From assembly GCA_041736175.1 (NCBI GenBank), contig JBGSUI010000134.1, forward strand, positions 1 to 50,272: DNA of 50,272 nt, in the 5' to 3' direction. Origin of the DNA: Oligoflexales bacterium (lineage in GTDB: Bacteria; Bdellovibrionota_B; Oligoflexia; Oligoflexales; CAIYRB01). Under the pieces are notes generated by a model. It was not told the DNA's origin and made no database searches. It worked only from the letters and a program-made list of their open reading frames with translations. The translations under genes and the position numbers were made by a program. Positions 17,243-27,933 of this stretch are shown here, in pieces; the stretch's first letter is position 1; each line of letters begins with the position of its first letter.

Positions 17243-18814
17243 GTGTCATTGCAATGCCGGCGCCTTGGATCGCTAAAAATTCAGGATCTTACTGCCGCTT
17301 CTAATTCTCACACCGCTGGACCAGAAATTGCACTCGAACAAGAATTACTTGGTACTTCCAAAGCCTCTATCACTACAAATAGGAATCCAGCGATGCACCT
17401 CAGAACTTTAAGCCCAAACTGCCAAAAAACTTTGAATGCGTTACCGAAAAACGCATGCACATTCATGATTTCATCCCTACTTTTGTTGCAGTCGGGGTGT
17501 CTTCGAACCCCTCCAGAAGGTATGGGAGATCGAGTCTCGGATCTTAAGGGGACCATAGGATCCCCTCTTAGCTCTACTAACGGTTTTGGAAACCTTATTG
17601 ACTGCAAACGACAGATATCCCGTTTTTCGGTGGACCAACAGCCTCCTTTTCGCATGTTTTACGTCAAATCAAATAAAGGACAAAAAAGAGAGGCCGTCAT
17701 CATGCCTGATTTGCGTCCTGAAAAACTCGGCAGATACCAGGTTGCCTATCAGGACCGCACAGTTACTCCCCTCGACTTTCAAAACCATTTCGCAACCGGC
17801 GAATGGATGGTTTCAAACTTGAGCATCGTTCACGAGCATGAGGCAAAGCGATTCGATCAGACTATGGATTCTTACCGGTTTTATACCCATGGCTTCAATG
17901 CCGAAAAATTTAGGAAAACTTACGGTTCGATGAATGGTCTCGTAGATATACGCTTTAATTTGAAAACAGGGGAAGTGGCAAGAATGTCACTCAATAACGG
18001 CGAAGGAATGCGTCTCGATCAGCAATTGTTTTCTGGTATGTTCTACCAAGTAGCCGACCGACCAATCAAGTCAACCCCGTTTCCTACAGCACTTGATCAG
18101 CCAAACATTTTTATACGGGCCAGCTGTTCTGAAAACTTGACCCGCGGCATCTTTGCCTCTGTTGAGGTGAAAAAAGTCATGACCACCACGACAAAAGACG
18201 GGCAAAAAGCAGTCAAAGTCAAAGCCTACATAGATCCGGTTATCGCTGGGCGCGACGCCGAATGTATAAAGTATGCCAATGCATATGACTCTGAGGGAAA
18301 TTTCTATGGAATCATCACCGCCTACGATCCCGTCGAAAAAGGCTTTAATCCTGAAAACCTCGAAATTACCAGCATCCACGATGACCGGCTAAAGGCCTAC
18401 ATCCGCTACGCCTTCGCTCCAGATTATCGTGGCAATGGTATCATCTTTTCAGGCAAAGAAATTCCCGTCTATGGCCAATATTCTCGTCGCTGGTATATGT
18501 CACAAAATGACTATTGGGCTTGCAAACTTGACCCAAATTACTTGGACAGCCTAGCGCTCGAGCGTGCCTCGGATAAGGTGAGCGAGTATATGGAAAAGCC
18601 TAATTGCGCTCGGGAGGACCTTGAGGTTGCTTTCTGTCAGGCCAGAGGAGAGCTCGAAAAGCTCGTCAATCTAAACGATCAATCCTCAAAACAAAAACCT
18701 GCGCTGCTATGCTCAAAGTCAAAGATGGACAACCCCAATTCAGGAATCAAAGTCTGTGGGCCTGACGTTGTGCAGTCGATAGGTCAAACCTGCAAAAATC
18801 CTAAATCAGAGTGA
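17243..18814 (+). CDS. Hypothetical exported (lipo)protein; start probably ATG 17393
   Basis: Long ORF, lipobox-like LLQSGC, Cys-rich C-terminus; no family recognised. Confidence 0.7.
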   Translation: MSLQCRRLGSLKIQDLTAASNSHTAGPEIALEQELLGTSKASITTNRNPAMHLRTLSPNCQKTLNALPKNACTFMISSLLLLQSGCLRTPPEGMGDRVSDLKGTIGSPLSSTNGFGNLIDCKRQISRFSVDQQPPFRMFYVKSNKGQKREAVIMPDLRPEKLGRYQVAYQDRTVTPLDFQNHFATGEWMVSNLSIVHEHEAKRFDQTMDSYRFYTHGFNAEKFRKTYGSMNGLVDIRFNLKTGEVARMSLNNGEGMRLDQQLFSGMFYQVADRPIKSTPFPTALDQPNIFIRASCSENLTRGIFASVEVKKVMTTTTKDGQKAVKVKAYIDPVIAGRDAECIKYANAYDSEGNFYGIITAYDPVEKGFNPENLEITSIHDDRLKAYIRYAFAPDYRGNGIIFSGKEIPVYGQYSRRWYMSQNDYWACKLDPNYLDSLALERASDKVSEYMEKPNCAREDLEVAFCQARGELEKLVNLNDQSSKQKPALLCSKSKMDNPNSGIKVCGPDVVQSIGQTCKNPKSE

Positions 18815-18888
18815 AAAAAACCAATGGGGATCACCTAGTTTATGAAGCTGCCTCAATTGCTCTTTTTTGAATGCAGCTATTTCTGAGC

Positions 18889-19647
18889 TTAGATTTGATC
18901 TTTTCCTGCATCATCCACCACGGGAGGTGGCTCGAGACCAGTTGGGTCTTGGACCACCACCTTTGGCTCCTCAGGGGGCACAGGAGTGGTGGTCACACAG
19001 ACTCTGGTTTTCCATGCAGCGAGTTGGTCTACGGTCAGGGATTTAGCAATTTTTCCGTATTCGACCAACATATCGATCGTCAAGTTACCCGTGACTTCAG
19101 CATTGACCAGATACTGGAGTTGGTCTTTAGACTGGGAGCCCACATATTGAGCTAGCTGAAAGAGGGAGTCTGGAGTTCGTTGACAGACGAGCCCCGTCAG
19201 GATCTCGACCAAAGGTCCTTTACCGGGAGAAGGGGACGGAGTCGGAGCTGGCAAAGGAGGTTCTTTGCCAGGAGTAGGGGTCGGAGTTGGAGCGGGCGTT
19301 GGAGTCGGAGTAGGCGTAGGAGCAGGAGGAGGAGTTGGTTTAGCAGGGCAGGATGCGTTGCCGTAGCCCTTGTGATCTTTGTCACCATGGCCTTGCGAAG
19401 CATCCACATTGCATTGGTCCACAGGGATTTTTTTGGACGATCCATGCCCCGACAGTTGGATAGCATCTGCTGAACCTTCGCTCCCATTACGGTCCGAACG
19501 TCGATCTTTGGTGGTATTGGAAACGCCTCCTAGCTCGACACGGCCACAAGAACTGATGGCTAGGGTGGTGGTCACGAAAAACAAGATACCTAAATGGGAT
19601 CTCTGATTGCTGCTCATACTGAACATCCTCCGAAGAAAATTTTCCAT
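18889..19647 (-). CDS. Hypothetical lipoprotein with Pro/Thr linker and small helical C-terminal domain
   Basis: Lipobox ISSC; (PT)n tract; divergent from the export operon. Confidence 0.75.
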   Translation of the reverse strand: MENFLRRMFSMSSNQRSHLGILFFVTTTLAISSCGRVELGGVSNTTKDRRSDRNGSEGSADAIQLSGHGSSKKIPVDQCNVDASQGHGDKDHKGYGNASCPAKPTPPPAPTPTPTPTPAPTPTPTPGKEPPLPAPTPSPSPGKGPLVEILTGLVCQRTPDSLFQLAQYVGSQSKDQLQYLVNAEVTGNLTIDMLVEYGKIAKSLTVDQLAAWKTRVCVTTTPVPPEEPKVVVQDPTGLEPPPVVDDAGKDQI

Positions 19648-19857
19648 TGATTCGAATTTTTGCTACGTCGCAACTTGTAACTGAGATATTTACATTGCAA
19701 AATTAGATCCAAAGACGGTGACTGTTTACTCAAAGATTCCAGTCTGATATTGTCGCCGATGGTATAACAAAGATGCCAGGTTACAGACTCTCGTGTCGAT
19801 CTCATGGCTTATCATAGCTAGGATTTGTCGGGTCAAAAACTGTTTAAGGAGTGACCA

Positions 19858-21276
19858 GTGAACTCGATCTGGATAGTATCTCATCGTATGTGGGACTGGG
19901 TAATCCCCTTGGTGTTAGCCCTAGCGCTTTCGTTCCTAGCACTTCCTTTTGCACCTGCTCTCGGCGCTGGATCGCTCAAAACATCAGTCGGAGTGATCGG
20001 TGGCTATGAAAACTCTCAGGTTTTAGACAGTCTCGGCAACCCTAAGAATCAGGTCCTCAAGATTCCAGATTCAAAAGAGTATATCGAGGTACGTCCAAAC
20101 ATTAAATGGACTCAAGATCGGTATGAACTCGTCTTTAGGCCCCGAGGAGTCCTAGAACAAAATCATGTGAAGTATCAAACCTCATCGGGAATTCCAGGCG
20201 GCCCAACCTCTGACAAAAAGGAGACCACACAGAAAACCGATGTTTTTGTGACCGAGGGCTTTATATCCCATGACCTAAACCAACAGATCACAACCACTTT
20301 AGGGCTACAAAACTACCAATGGGGACCGGCTGAACTGTTAAGCCCCAGCAATTTTATCTTTCATGAGACCATCGCCGATCGGAAGAACTTTGCCGAAACA
20401 AGGGGTCGTCACCTTTTGCGGATCAATGGTTCTCCGACAAAAACCTGGAGCACCGTATCGCTGCTGGAATGGGCTGAAAATAAGGATCTGACACCTTTTG
20501 GTGATGATCAAAAGTTTAAACCATCGTTTCTTGTTAAAAACGAATATTCTTGGGCCCAGGGCCCTGGAGGGGGAGCGGAGTATTTTGGTTTTGTTTTAGG
20601 GATCAGCCAGACCGCTGCCCCCCAAAAAACCTTTACGCGGCTGCGCTGGGGCGAATCCTTCAGTCTCCAAGTGCCTTGGTGGGATGGTCTTTCTTGGTAT
20701 GGGGATCTGGGCCATCAAATAGGATCGGCAGCATGGTATCCCCAGACCAATCCACCTGTAACCTCTCCGACCAACGGCCCTTGGCTGGACTACGATCAAT
20801 CCCGCTTAGAATCTAGCCGGATTTACACCACAGGTGTGCTAGGCATCCGTTATGATTTTGTGGAGGGTGAAATAGTTCGGTTTGAATATGCCTTTGATGA
20901 ACATAGCTACTCTCGGACCGAAAGGGCCCTAAGCCTCCAGTCCGTACAACCTCGAAACCAAGAAGGGCTTGCAGCTTTGCCGGACAACTACCGTAAATAC
21001 TGGAATCCGGGTATCGATCTAAAAACTCCCGAGGTGATCTATCTTTCATTTTATACACCTGATATCGCCAGCATAAAGGACCTTAGTGGTCTGGTTCGGT
21101 GGATTTACGAACCCTTTGATCACTCCACCTGGGGCTACCTGTCGGCTCAATACCGAATTGGTGATTCAGGGACTTTGAGCTATGGTGGTATCTTAACCAC
21201 TGGGTCAAGCTTGGATCAGCCCTTGAGGGGAGTCGCGTCGCCCTCACATACTGTGGCCTACCGCCACGACTGGTAA
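19858..21276 (+). CDS. Putative outer-membrane beta-barrel protein of an ABC export operon
   Basis: Signal peptide, GLQNYQWGPAE..SPSN motif, amphipathic strands, terminal aromatic (YRHDW). Confidence 0.75.
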   Translation: MNSIWIVSHRMWDWVIPLVLALALSFLALPFAPALGAGSLKTSVGVIGGYENSQVLDSLGNPKNQVLKIPDSKEYIEVRPNIKWTQDRYELVFRPRGVLEQNHVKYQTSSGIPGGPTSDKKETTQKTDVFVTEGFISHDLNQQITTTLGLQNYQWGPAELLSPSNFIFHETIADRKNFAETRGRHLLRINGSPTKTWSTVSLLEWAENKDLTPFGDDQKFKPSFLVKNEYSWAQGPGGGAEYFGFVLGISQTAAPQKTFTRLRWGESFSLQVPWWDGLSWYGDLGHQIGSAAWYPQTNPPVTSPTNGPWLDYDQSRLESSRIYTTGVLGIRYDFVEGEIVRFEYAFDEHSYSRTERALSLQSVQPRNQEGLAALPDNYRKYWNPGIDLKTPEVIYLSFYTPDIASIKDLSGLVRWIYEPFDHSTWGYLSAQYRIGDSGTLSYGGILTTGSSLDQPLRGVASPSHTVAYRHDW

Positions 21277-21348
21277 AGGTCGCAAACCGACCAAGGATGA
21301 TTTCCATAGACCACGATTGTCACAACCTACGGCGGAGCCCCCATACCA

Positions 21349-22041
21349 ATGTCCTCACAAGCAATCATACAACTCAAAAATGTGACCAAATCATATCATC
21401 TCGGCCAAACCCTCGTCCCAGCCCTTCGGGGGATAAACCTAGAAATTAAAAAAGGTGAATTTACGGCCATCATCGGCGCTTCCGGGTCCGGCAAGAGTAC
21501 CCTCCTTAATCTGATTGGACTCATTGATGATCCCGACGGGGGGAGCATATTACTGGATAACCACGAAGTAACCTCTCTCGATGACGACCGAAAAAGTCTG
21601 CTACGAAATCAAAAAATCGGGTTTATCTTTCAATCATTTAACCTAGTACCAGTCCTCTCCGTCTACGAAAATGTCGAGCTACCGCTGCTGATCAACCCTA
21701 AGATCAGTGCCGCGGATCGTCGCAGCCGCATCTTGATGGCCATCGAAGATGTGGGACTCAAAGACCTCAAGTCAAATCTCCCTGACCAGCTTTCTGGCGG
21801 CCAGCGGCAGAGAGTCGCCATTGCACGGGCCCTCGCATCGGGCCCCGACCTGGTCCTTGCAGACGAACCCACGGCTAATCTCGACTCCACAACCTCCCAC
21901 CTGATTATCGATCTTATGTTACAACTCAATGCCCAGAGAAAGGTGACTTTTATTTTTTCGACCCATGATGAAAGATTGATGGATCGAGTTTCCAGGATCG
22001 TTCATATTAAAGATGGAGTGCTGGAAAATCCCGCTCCTTAA
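21349..22041 (+). CDS. ABC transporter ATP-binding protein (LolD/MacB-like)
   Basis: [39 protein letters not shown]. Confidence 0.95.
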   Translation: MSSQAIIQLKNVTKSYHLGQTLVPALRGINLEIKKGEFTAIIGASGSGKSTLLNLIGLIDDPDGGSILLDNHEVTSLDDDRKSLLRNQKIGFIFQSFNLVPVLSVYENVELPLLINPKISAADRRSRILMAIEDVGLKDLKSNLPDQLSGGQRQRVAIARALASGPDLVLADEPTANLDSTTSHLIIDLMLQLNAQRKVTFIFSTHDERLMDRVSRIVHIKDGVLENPAP

Positions 22042-22092
22042 ATGACATTGGCATCAACGAAACTTTGAGAAGTATATAAGGATGAGAATACT

Positions 22093-23454
22093 TTGTTTGG
22101 AACCTGGGTCATCGCTGCTCGCAATCTGCTCCGCAACCGCAAACGCAATCTTGCAACAGGTTCTGCGATTGCTCTAGGCTTTGCCGCGATGTTAGCCCTA
22201 GGTGGCTATATCAATCGCGTCGAAAAATACCTTCAGGTGTATACCATCTATGCTAATAAGACAGGGCATATTGTGGTTTATGCACCAAAGGGTCTAGAAA
22301 ATTACACCTCCAAACCCAAACCTTATAGCCTCAGCCTTGCGGACCAGAATGTGCTCAAGGCCGTTTTAAACACGATCCCAAACGTCCAGCTTACGGGCGG
22401 TCAGTTTTTTGGGACCGGACTTATCGGCAACGGATGTCGATCGGTGCCCTTTATAGGGAACGGCATCGACCCTAATCTCGAAAAACTCCTCCGAGACCAC
22501 CCTCAGTTGAAAGAATGGGCTCAAAACCGTTCCAAGATCGCCAAAGGCAAGCCACTCAGTGACTATCATGAATCCCTGGGCGGAATCATGGTCGCCAAAG
22601 GTCTAGCGCGCATCCTCCATAAACCCAAGACCTACGATGAAATCCCCAATGGTTATACGTCGCCCATCATCACCGACTGCTTGAGTCCTGACGCTGAAAA
22701 ACTCGTCGCTGAAGATGCGAATGTCCAAATCGCCACATCTTCCTGGAACGGTTCCATGTCGGCCCTAGATGCTGAGGTCATCTCCCATTACGATCCTGGG
22801 GTGACGGAGCTTGCCAATACTGCGATTCTAGCTCCCTTGTCTTTTATGCAAAAACTCTTTGACACTGATCGTATCACTCATTTTTCTATTTGGCTTCGCA
22901 ACCCAAGCCAGTTGGCTCAAAACATGGAAGAGATCAAGTCCGGCTTGGCAGCAAAGGGTGTACAGCTGGATCTGTATCCATGGAACCACGAAGGCGTGAG
23001 CCCTTTGTATACCGGCACTATGCAGTTTCTGCATACATTGGTTAACTTTTTAACCTCGGTGCTCGCTGTGGTTGTGATCTTTTCGATTTTTAACTCCGCG
23101 ACGATGACCGTGATTGAGCGCAGCGCTGAGATCGGTATGATGCGCTCTCTTGGATACAAAAAACACCAAATCAGTAGACTCTTTTTACAGGAAGCAGCTC
23201 TTCTGACCTTGCTTTCTCTCTTTGCCGGTGGCCTTATTGGGGCCACCATAACTCTGATCGTGAACCATGCAGAGATTATACTCTTTCCCCCCGGCATCTC
23301 GGGAGGCCTTCGTTTAGAACTCAAACCTAGTTTAGAAACCTGTATGATTTCTGCTTCGCTTATCTTTTCACTCGCTTTAGTCGCGACCATGCTTGCTATT
23401 CGAAGCCATGTAAAAAAGAGGATTGTTGACCTGTTAATGGGTACTAACCGATAA
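22093..23454 (+). CDS. ABC transporter permease (FtsX/LolC-E type)
   Basis: RNLLRN.KR N-terminus, large periplasmic loop, ER..EIG.MRSLG, three C-terminal TM helices. Confidence 0.9.
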   Translation: MFGTWVIAARNLLRNRKRNLATGSAIALGFAAMLALGGYINRVEKYLQVYTIYANKTGHIVVYAPKGLENYTSKPKPYSLSLADQNVLKAVLNTIPNVQLTGGQFFGTGLIGNGCRSVPFIGNGIDPNLEKLLRDHPQLKEWAQNRSKIAKGKPLSDYHESLGGIMVAKGLARILHKPKTYDEIPNGYTSPIITDCLSPDAEKLVAEDANVQIATSSWNGSMSALDAEVISHYDPGVTELANTAILAPLSFMQKLFDTDRITHFSIWLRNPSQLAQNMEEIKSGLAAKGVQLDLYPWNHEGVSPLYTGTMQFLHTLVNFLTSVLAVVVIFSIFNSATMTVIERSAEIGMMRSLGYKKHQISRLFLQEAALLTLLSLFAGGLIGATITLIVNHAEIILFPPGISGGLRLELKPSLETCMISASLIFSLALVATMLAIRSHVKKRIVDLLMGTNR

Positions 23455-23463
23455 GAGGACCTT

Positions 23464-24225
23464 ATGCTTGCAAAGATAAAATCCCATGGACCAACATGGT
23501 TCTTAAGCCTTATGTTGTGGATGCCAACCACCCTCCTTGGACAGACTGCCGAGGCAGAGGATCTGCTCAAGGATTCCGACCAAGCCCGCGGTACCGTCGA
23601 ATCAGGGGTCCGTTGGCAAAGCCAGGTGATCACCCTTGACAGCGAAGGGGAAAAAAAAGTTCGCTATGAGGTCAAAGTGAAAGGCGTCGATGCCCTGGCA
23701 GAAGCCCTCGAACCTGCCCGCAGCAAGGGCGAAACGATGCTTTTTAACGACCGTAACCTTTGGTTTTTCAGACCAGGACTTAAAAAACCTATGGCCATCA
23801 GCCCTCGGCAAAAGCTGATGGGCCAAGCAGCAAACGGCGATATTGCATCCACAAACTATTACCGAGACTATGTGGGTAAGCTGGTCGGCGAAGAAACCGT
23901 GAATGGCCAACCCTGCTACAAACTTGAGTTGAAAGCAAAGGCTAAAAACGTCACTTATGACGGGATTCGCTACTGGATCACAAAGGATACTCGCCTCGGA
24001 ATAAAAGCCGACTTCCTCACCCTCAGCGGCGAAACCTTTAAATTCGCCACTATGGAATACAATAATAAAATCAAAAATAAACAGGGCAAAGAACAAACCT
24101 TTATCAGCAAGATGGTCATTGTAGATGCTCTAAACCCCAAAAACCAAACCACGATCCTCTACGAGTCACTCGTCCTTGAGGACCAGCCGGATAAAATCTT
24201 CAATATCAACAACATTTCACGGTAA
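23464..24225 (+). CDS. LolA-like outer-membrane lipoprotein-sorting protein
   Basis: Signal peptide; KGETML....LWFF.P...KP..ISPRQKLMGQAANGDIA..NY; VTYD.I.YWI. Confidence 0.85.
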   Translation: MLAKIKSHGPTWFLSLMLWMPTTLLGQTAEAEDLLKDSDQARGTVESGVRWQSQVITLDSEGEKKVRYEVKVKGVDALAEALEPARSKGETMLFNDRNLWFFRPGLKKPMAISPRQKLMGQAANGDIASTNYYRDYVGKLVGEETVNGQPCYKLELKAKAKNVTYDGIRYWITKDTRLGIKADFLTLSGETFKFATMEYNNKIKNKQGKEQTFISKMVIVDALNPKNQTTILYESLVLEDQPDKIFNINNISR

Positions 24226-24237
24226 AACCAAAACCAC

Positions 24238-25581
24238 ATGAAACAGTCCCTTAATCTACCTTTTTTAGCTCGAGTCTCGGCAATCGCCTGGCGCAATGTG
24301 ATCCGAAACTGGCGGCACAGCTTGGCCACGATTCTGGCGATTGCCCTCGGGTTTGCCTCTGTCTCCGTCTTCGACGGATTTATCGAAGACCTTAAGAGTC
24401 GCAACGAAGACGGATATATCCATCGAGCGATGCTGGGACATGTGGTTTTGGAAAAACCCGACGCTGCGACGATGAGCCAGGAAAATCCCTGGAAATACGC
24501 CATCAATAAAGAAGAACAAAACTTTATCGATGCCTTCCTCGCCCAAGATCCCGCTGTGGCCCAAAAAATGCGCTTTCTATCGATCACGGGCCTAGCGTCC
24601 GCTGGGGAACAGTCCGGCTTTTTTCAGGGCCTAGCGATTGATTTAGAAAGCGGTGCGGAGATTCGCAAGCCCCATTGGGTCTGGAATACTATGGCTGGAA
24701 AGCCGGCCCACCTTGCTCCCCCCATGTCCCTAAATACCGGCGTCTTGATGGGAAAGACCCTTGGCTGCGAATCCACCTACCAAGGCCCGTCGATTTTCCT
24801 GCCCTATGGCAATTATATTCCGGCAGAGAGACCCTTCCGTTGTGAACAACCGCGAGTTTATCTCACCGTCACAACCGAAGCTGCCCAGGTCAACGTCATC
24901 GACTTAAAGGTAGCGGGTATTTACGATGCAGGATTTCGAGAGACTGATAAAAGATCAGTATTGATGTCCCTTAAGGATGCCCATCGACTCTTTGATACCG
25001 ACAAAATCACCTTGTATTCTATCCTCCTCAAAGACCAAAAGATGAGCGGGGAGTTTATTGCAAGAATTCAGGAAGCCCTTAAAAAGGCCGGACTCTCCAT
25101 CGCCGTGATGCCTTGGCTTAAGCACCACTCCGTCGCCTTTATCGCTGGAGGCCTGCAAATCCTGGATGTCTTTAGAAACCTCTTTATGACCGTGATTGTC
25201 GCCATCGGGGTGATGGCCGTCGCCAACACCATGATGAAAGCCGTCAACGAGCGGATCCGAGAGATCGGGACCCTGAGGAGTCTGGGGTTTCGCCGCTCCC
25301 ATTTGCTGGCTATCTTTGGATTCGAAGGCTTTTACCTAAGTCTGATCGCCTGTTTTATAGGGTTTTTACTGACCCTAGCCATAACCTTTGCGGTTCAACT
25401 CTCAGGGATCAGCTTTAAAGGTGGGATTATGGCAATCCCCATTAATCTCAATATTCTTTATGTTCCGGTTGCTTGGGCTATCAGCTGTATCGTGCTCACT
25501 TTACTTGCCACTGGCACGGCTCTCTACAGTGCCCGTCGCGCCGTAAAAATGGGAATCGCCGATGCCCTTCGACATGTTTAA
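24238..25581 (+). CDS. Second ABC transporter permease (FtsX/LolC-E type)
   Basis: IAWRNVIRN.R, ERIREIGTLRSLG, I.DALRHV terminus. Confidence 0.9.
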   Translation: MKQSLNLPFLARVSAIAWRNVIRNWRHSLATILAIALGFASVSVFDGFIEDLKSRNEDGYIHRAMLGHVVLEKPDAATMSQENPWKYAINKEEQNFIDAFLAQDPAVAQKMRFLSITGLASAGEQSGFFQGLAIDLESGAEIRKPHWVWNTMAGKPAHLAPPMSLNTGVLMGKTLGCESTYQGPSIFLPYGNYIPAERPFRCEQPRVYLTVTTEAAQVNVIDLKVAGIYDAGFRETDKRSVLMSLKDAHRLFDTDKITLYSILLKDQKMSGEFIARIQEALKKAGLSIAVMPWLKHHSVAFIAGGLQILDVFRNLFMTVIVAIGVMAVANTMMKAVNERIREIGTLRSLGFRRSHLLAIFGFEGFYLSLIACFIGFLLTLAITFAVQLSGISFKGGIMAIPINLNILYVPVAWAISCIVLTLLATGTALYSARRAVKMGIADALRHV

Positions 25582-26365
25582 CCAGTTTCTCCAAGACATC
25601 AAAGATAGCCCTGTAGCGATACTCTTTGAAAAAGGCGAGGAGTTTAGACGTCGCCTGATCAAAGTCTTTTGCCTTCTTGTAGTTTTTTTTGTGGCATTTT
25701 TTTACTTCTCTAAAGAGATGGTTGAATTTCTCAAAGGTCCTCTTATCCAAAACTTACCCCCATCCCAATCCAAGCTCTACTTTAAGGATCCTCTCGAAGG
25801 TTTTTCAGTGATGTTTAAAACATCGCTGTTAGGTGCTTTGACTTTAGTCTTGCCTTATGCCTTATGGCAGATCATGAAATTTATCGAGCCTATTGTTCCC
25901 CAAGAGCATCGTAAGCTGTTAAAACCTTATTTTTTGAGTTCACTGTTTCTCTTTTGTTTAGGTTCTGGCTTTTGTTTTGCAGCTATCCTTCCATCAGCCC
26001 TTAGTTTTTTGGTAGAAATGGGAGCTGATATTGCTGAGCCTCTCCTTATGATCGAAGATTATATTTCGGTCCTAGGATGGATGCTCTTTGGGTTTGGGCT
26101 AGTGTTCCAACTCCCCATCGTCCTGATCCTCCTGGGTGAGGTCGGACTTTTGTCCGCCGCATTCCTGCGAGAAAACCGCAAATTCGCCCTGGTGATCAAT
26201 CTTGCCGTTGCCGCTATCCTCACACCGACCCCAGACCCCTTTAGCCAGATCGCCATGGCCGTCCCCATGGGACTCCTGTACGAAATCGCCATCCTTGTCA
26301 TCGCCTATCAAGAAAAAAAATCAAACTCCTTACCGATGGTCATCCGCCAAAAGGAAAAGCCATGA
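25562..26365 (+). CDS. tatC: Twin-arginine translocase subunit TatC (start may be 25574)
   Basis: EEFRRRL, P.E.F....K, PY..WQI..FI.P, FGLVFQLP, AAILTPTPD..SQ..MA.PM..LYE. Confidence 0.93.
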   Translation: MPFDMFNQFLQDIKDSPVAILFEKGEEFRRRLIKVFCLLVVFFVAFFYFSKEMVEFLKGPLIQNLPPSQSKLYFKDPLEGFSVMFKTSLLGALTLVLPYALWQIMKFIEPIVPQEHRKLLKPYFLSSLFLFCLGSGFCFAAILPSALSFLVEMGADIAEPLLMIEDYISVLGWMLFGFGLVFQLPIVLILLGEVGLLSAAFLRENRKFALVINLAVAAILTPTPDPFSQIAMAVPMGLLYEIAILVIAYQEKKSNSLPMVIRQKEKP

Positions 26366-26934
26366 CCGACAGCAGGACCCCCTCCCTGGAGCAACGCAAC
26401 CCCTGGACCATCTGTCAAACAAGCCCCATCTACGAAAACCCGTGGATCAAAATCGAGCACCATGACGTGATCGATCCCCACGGCAAACCCGGCATCTACG
26501 GCACCATTCACTATAAACATATCGCGATTGGAGTGATTCCCATCAATGACCAGCTCGAAACCTGGTTAGTGGGTCAGTACCGGTTTCCCCTTAAGTTTTA
26601 TTCCTGGGAGATACCAGAGGGGGGAGCCCATGCTGGGGAGGCTCCCGAGGCGGCGGCACTCCGGGAGCTTAGGGAAGAGACGGGGCTGGTGGCGACTTCG
26701 GTCGAACCCATCTTGACCATGTATCTCTCTAACTCCACCTCTGACGAAAAGGCTCTTGCTTTTTTGGCCCGTGGCTTGACCGTAGGTCCCTCAGATCCCG
26801 ACAGCACGGAGGAGTTAAGGGTCCGGAAGCTTCCCTTTAAAGAAGTCTACCAGATGGTTCTTAGGGGGGAGATCACGGATGCCCTGTCGATTGGCGCTAT
26901 CCTTAAGGCGGCGACCCACCTCAAGATTGGGTAG
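26362..26934 (+). CDS. NUDIX hydrolase (ADP-ribose pyrophosphatase-like)
   Basis: Nudix box GGAHAGEAPEAAALRELREETGL; LVGQYRFP; ATGA overlap with tatC. Confidence 0.93.
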   Translation: MTDSRTPSLEQRNPWTICQTSPIYENPWIKIEHHDVIDPHGKPGIYGTIHYKHIAIGVIPINDQLETWLVGQYRFPLKFYSWEIPEGGAHAGEAPEAAALRELREETGLVATSVEPILTMYLSNSTSDEKALAFLARGLTVGPSDPDSTEELRVRKLPFKEVYQMVLRGEITDALSIGAILKAATHLKIG

Positions 26935-27022
26935 ACTTTCTTTTACATTTGAGGGTGGGGGGCTCGGCGTTGGAAAGCAACTGGGCTATAATAGAGTCAA
27001 TCTATGAGACAAGGGGATATTT

Positions 27023-27796
27023 ATGAAGGTCAAGATCAAACTTTTTTGGAAGATACTTCTGTTAGGTTTAGCGACTGATGCTTTTAGCGAGACTTTGACG
27101 TTTAAAGCGGATGTGTGGTGCCCGTTTAACTGCGAACCTAAGGGGGAACAGCAGGGGTATTTGATAGACCTAGCCAAAGCGGCCCTTGAACCCCTAGGGC
27201 ATAAGGTAGAATACAGCACCTTGAATTGGGCGAGGGCGATCGTCGACACCCGTGACGGCAAGTATACGGCGATCGTCGGTGCGGCAAAAAGCGATGCACC
27301 CGATTTTGTCTTCCCCACGACGGCTTTAGGGTTTGCTCGAAATTGCTTTTACGGCAAAAAAGATGCCACCTGGTCGTTTCAAGGAGTCGCCTCCCTCAAA
27401 GACATCACCTTTGGTGTGGTCAAGGACTACACCTACGAAGACGAAGTCGATGAATATATTAAAACCAATATAAAAGACCCTAAAAAGATCGACGTGGTGG
27501 CCGGAGATAACCCCCTCGAACTCAATCTCAAAAAAGTCAACGCCGGGCGGATTACCGCCTTTATCGAAGAAGACAGCGTGCTTCGTAATTACTTTTTCCG
27601 CAACAAACTCCCTGACGATAGCATCAAAAACCTCGGGTGCGTCAAAGAGAGCGACATTTTTATTGGTTTTTCGCCCAAAAATCCCAAAAGTACTGAGTAT
27701 GCCAAGGCCCTTAGCAGTAAGCTCGATGTGATGCGGAAGGATGGCAGTTTTAGCAAGATTCTTGCCCAATACGGTATCAAAGACTGGGTCAAATAG
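27023..27796 (+). CDS. Periplasmic substrate-binding protein (family 3 type)
   Basis: Signal peptide; AD.WCPFNC, GY.IDL, NW.RA, Y.Y, GRI.AF.E, IL..YG. Confidence 0.88.
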   Translation: MKVKIKLFWKILLLGLATDAFSETLTFKADVWCPFNCEPKGEQQGYLIDLAKAALEPLGHKVEYSTLNWARAIVDTRDGKYTAIVGAAKSDAPDFVFPTTALGFARNCFYGKKDATWSFQGVASLKDITFGVVKDYTYEDEVDEYIKTNIKDPKKIDVVAGDNPLELNLKKVNAGRITAFIEEDSVLRNYFFRNKLPDDSIKNLGCVKESDIFIGFSPKNPKSTEYAKALSSKLDVMRKDGSFSKILAQYGIKDWVK

Positions 27797-27817
27797 TCTC
27801 CATGGACCCCATCGACC

Positions 27818-27913
27818 TTATCCGCACACAAAGTGAGTTTCCCTCTATGTGCGGATAAGCTCTTAAGTTGTTTTATCCGCACACAAAGTTTGTTACACTC
27901 TATGTGCGGATAA
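27818..27913. repeat. Two 41-bp palindromic units (55-bp period) upstream of an ATPase relic
   Basis: TTATCCGCACA-N19-TGTGCGGATAA at 27818-27858 and 27873-27913. Confidence 0.9.
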
Positions 27914-27933
27914 CTTACTCTGGTGGTGATGTT

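Noticed and set aside
15773..27913. Short repeats at 15773-15838 and 27818-27913 as CRISPR arrays
   Set aside because: Only two units each, no unique spacers of CRISPR length and no cas genes.
27818..27913. Replication origin (DnaA boxes)
   Set aside because: All boxes carry the same mismatch, form strict palindromes tied to an ATPase start, and lack dnaA/dnaN/gidA context or a clear unwinding element.
27868..27933. N-terminal extension of the 102-aa ORF
   Set aside because: It runs through the palindromic repeats; the RBS and family-typical MRFIGR start are at 27934.
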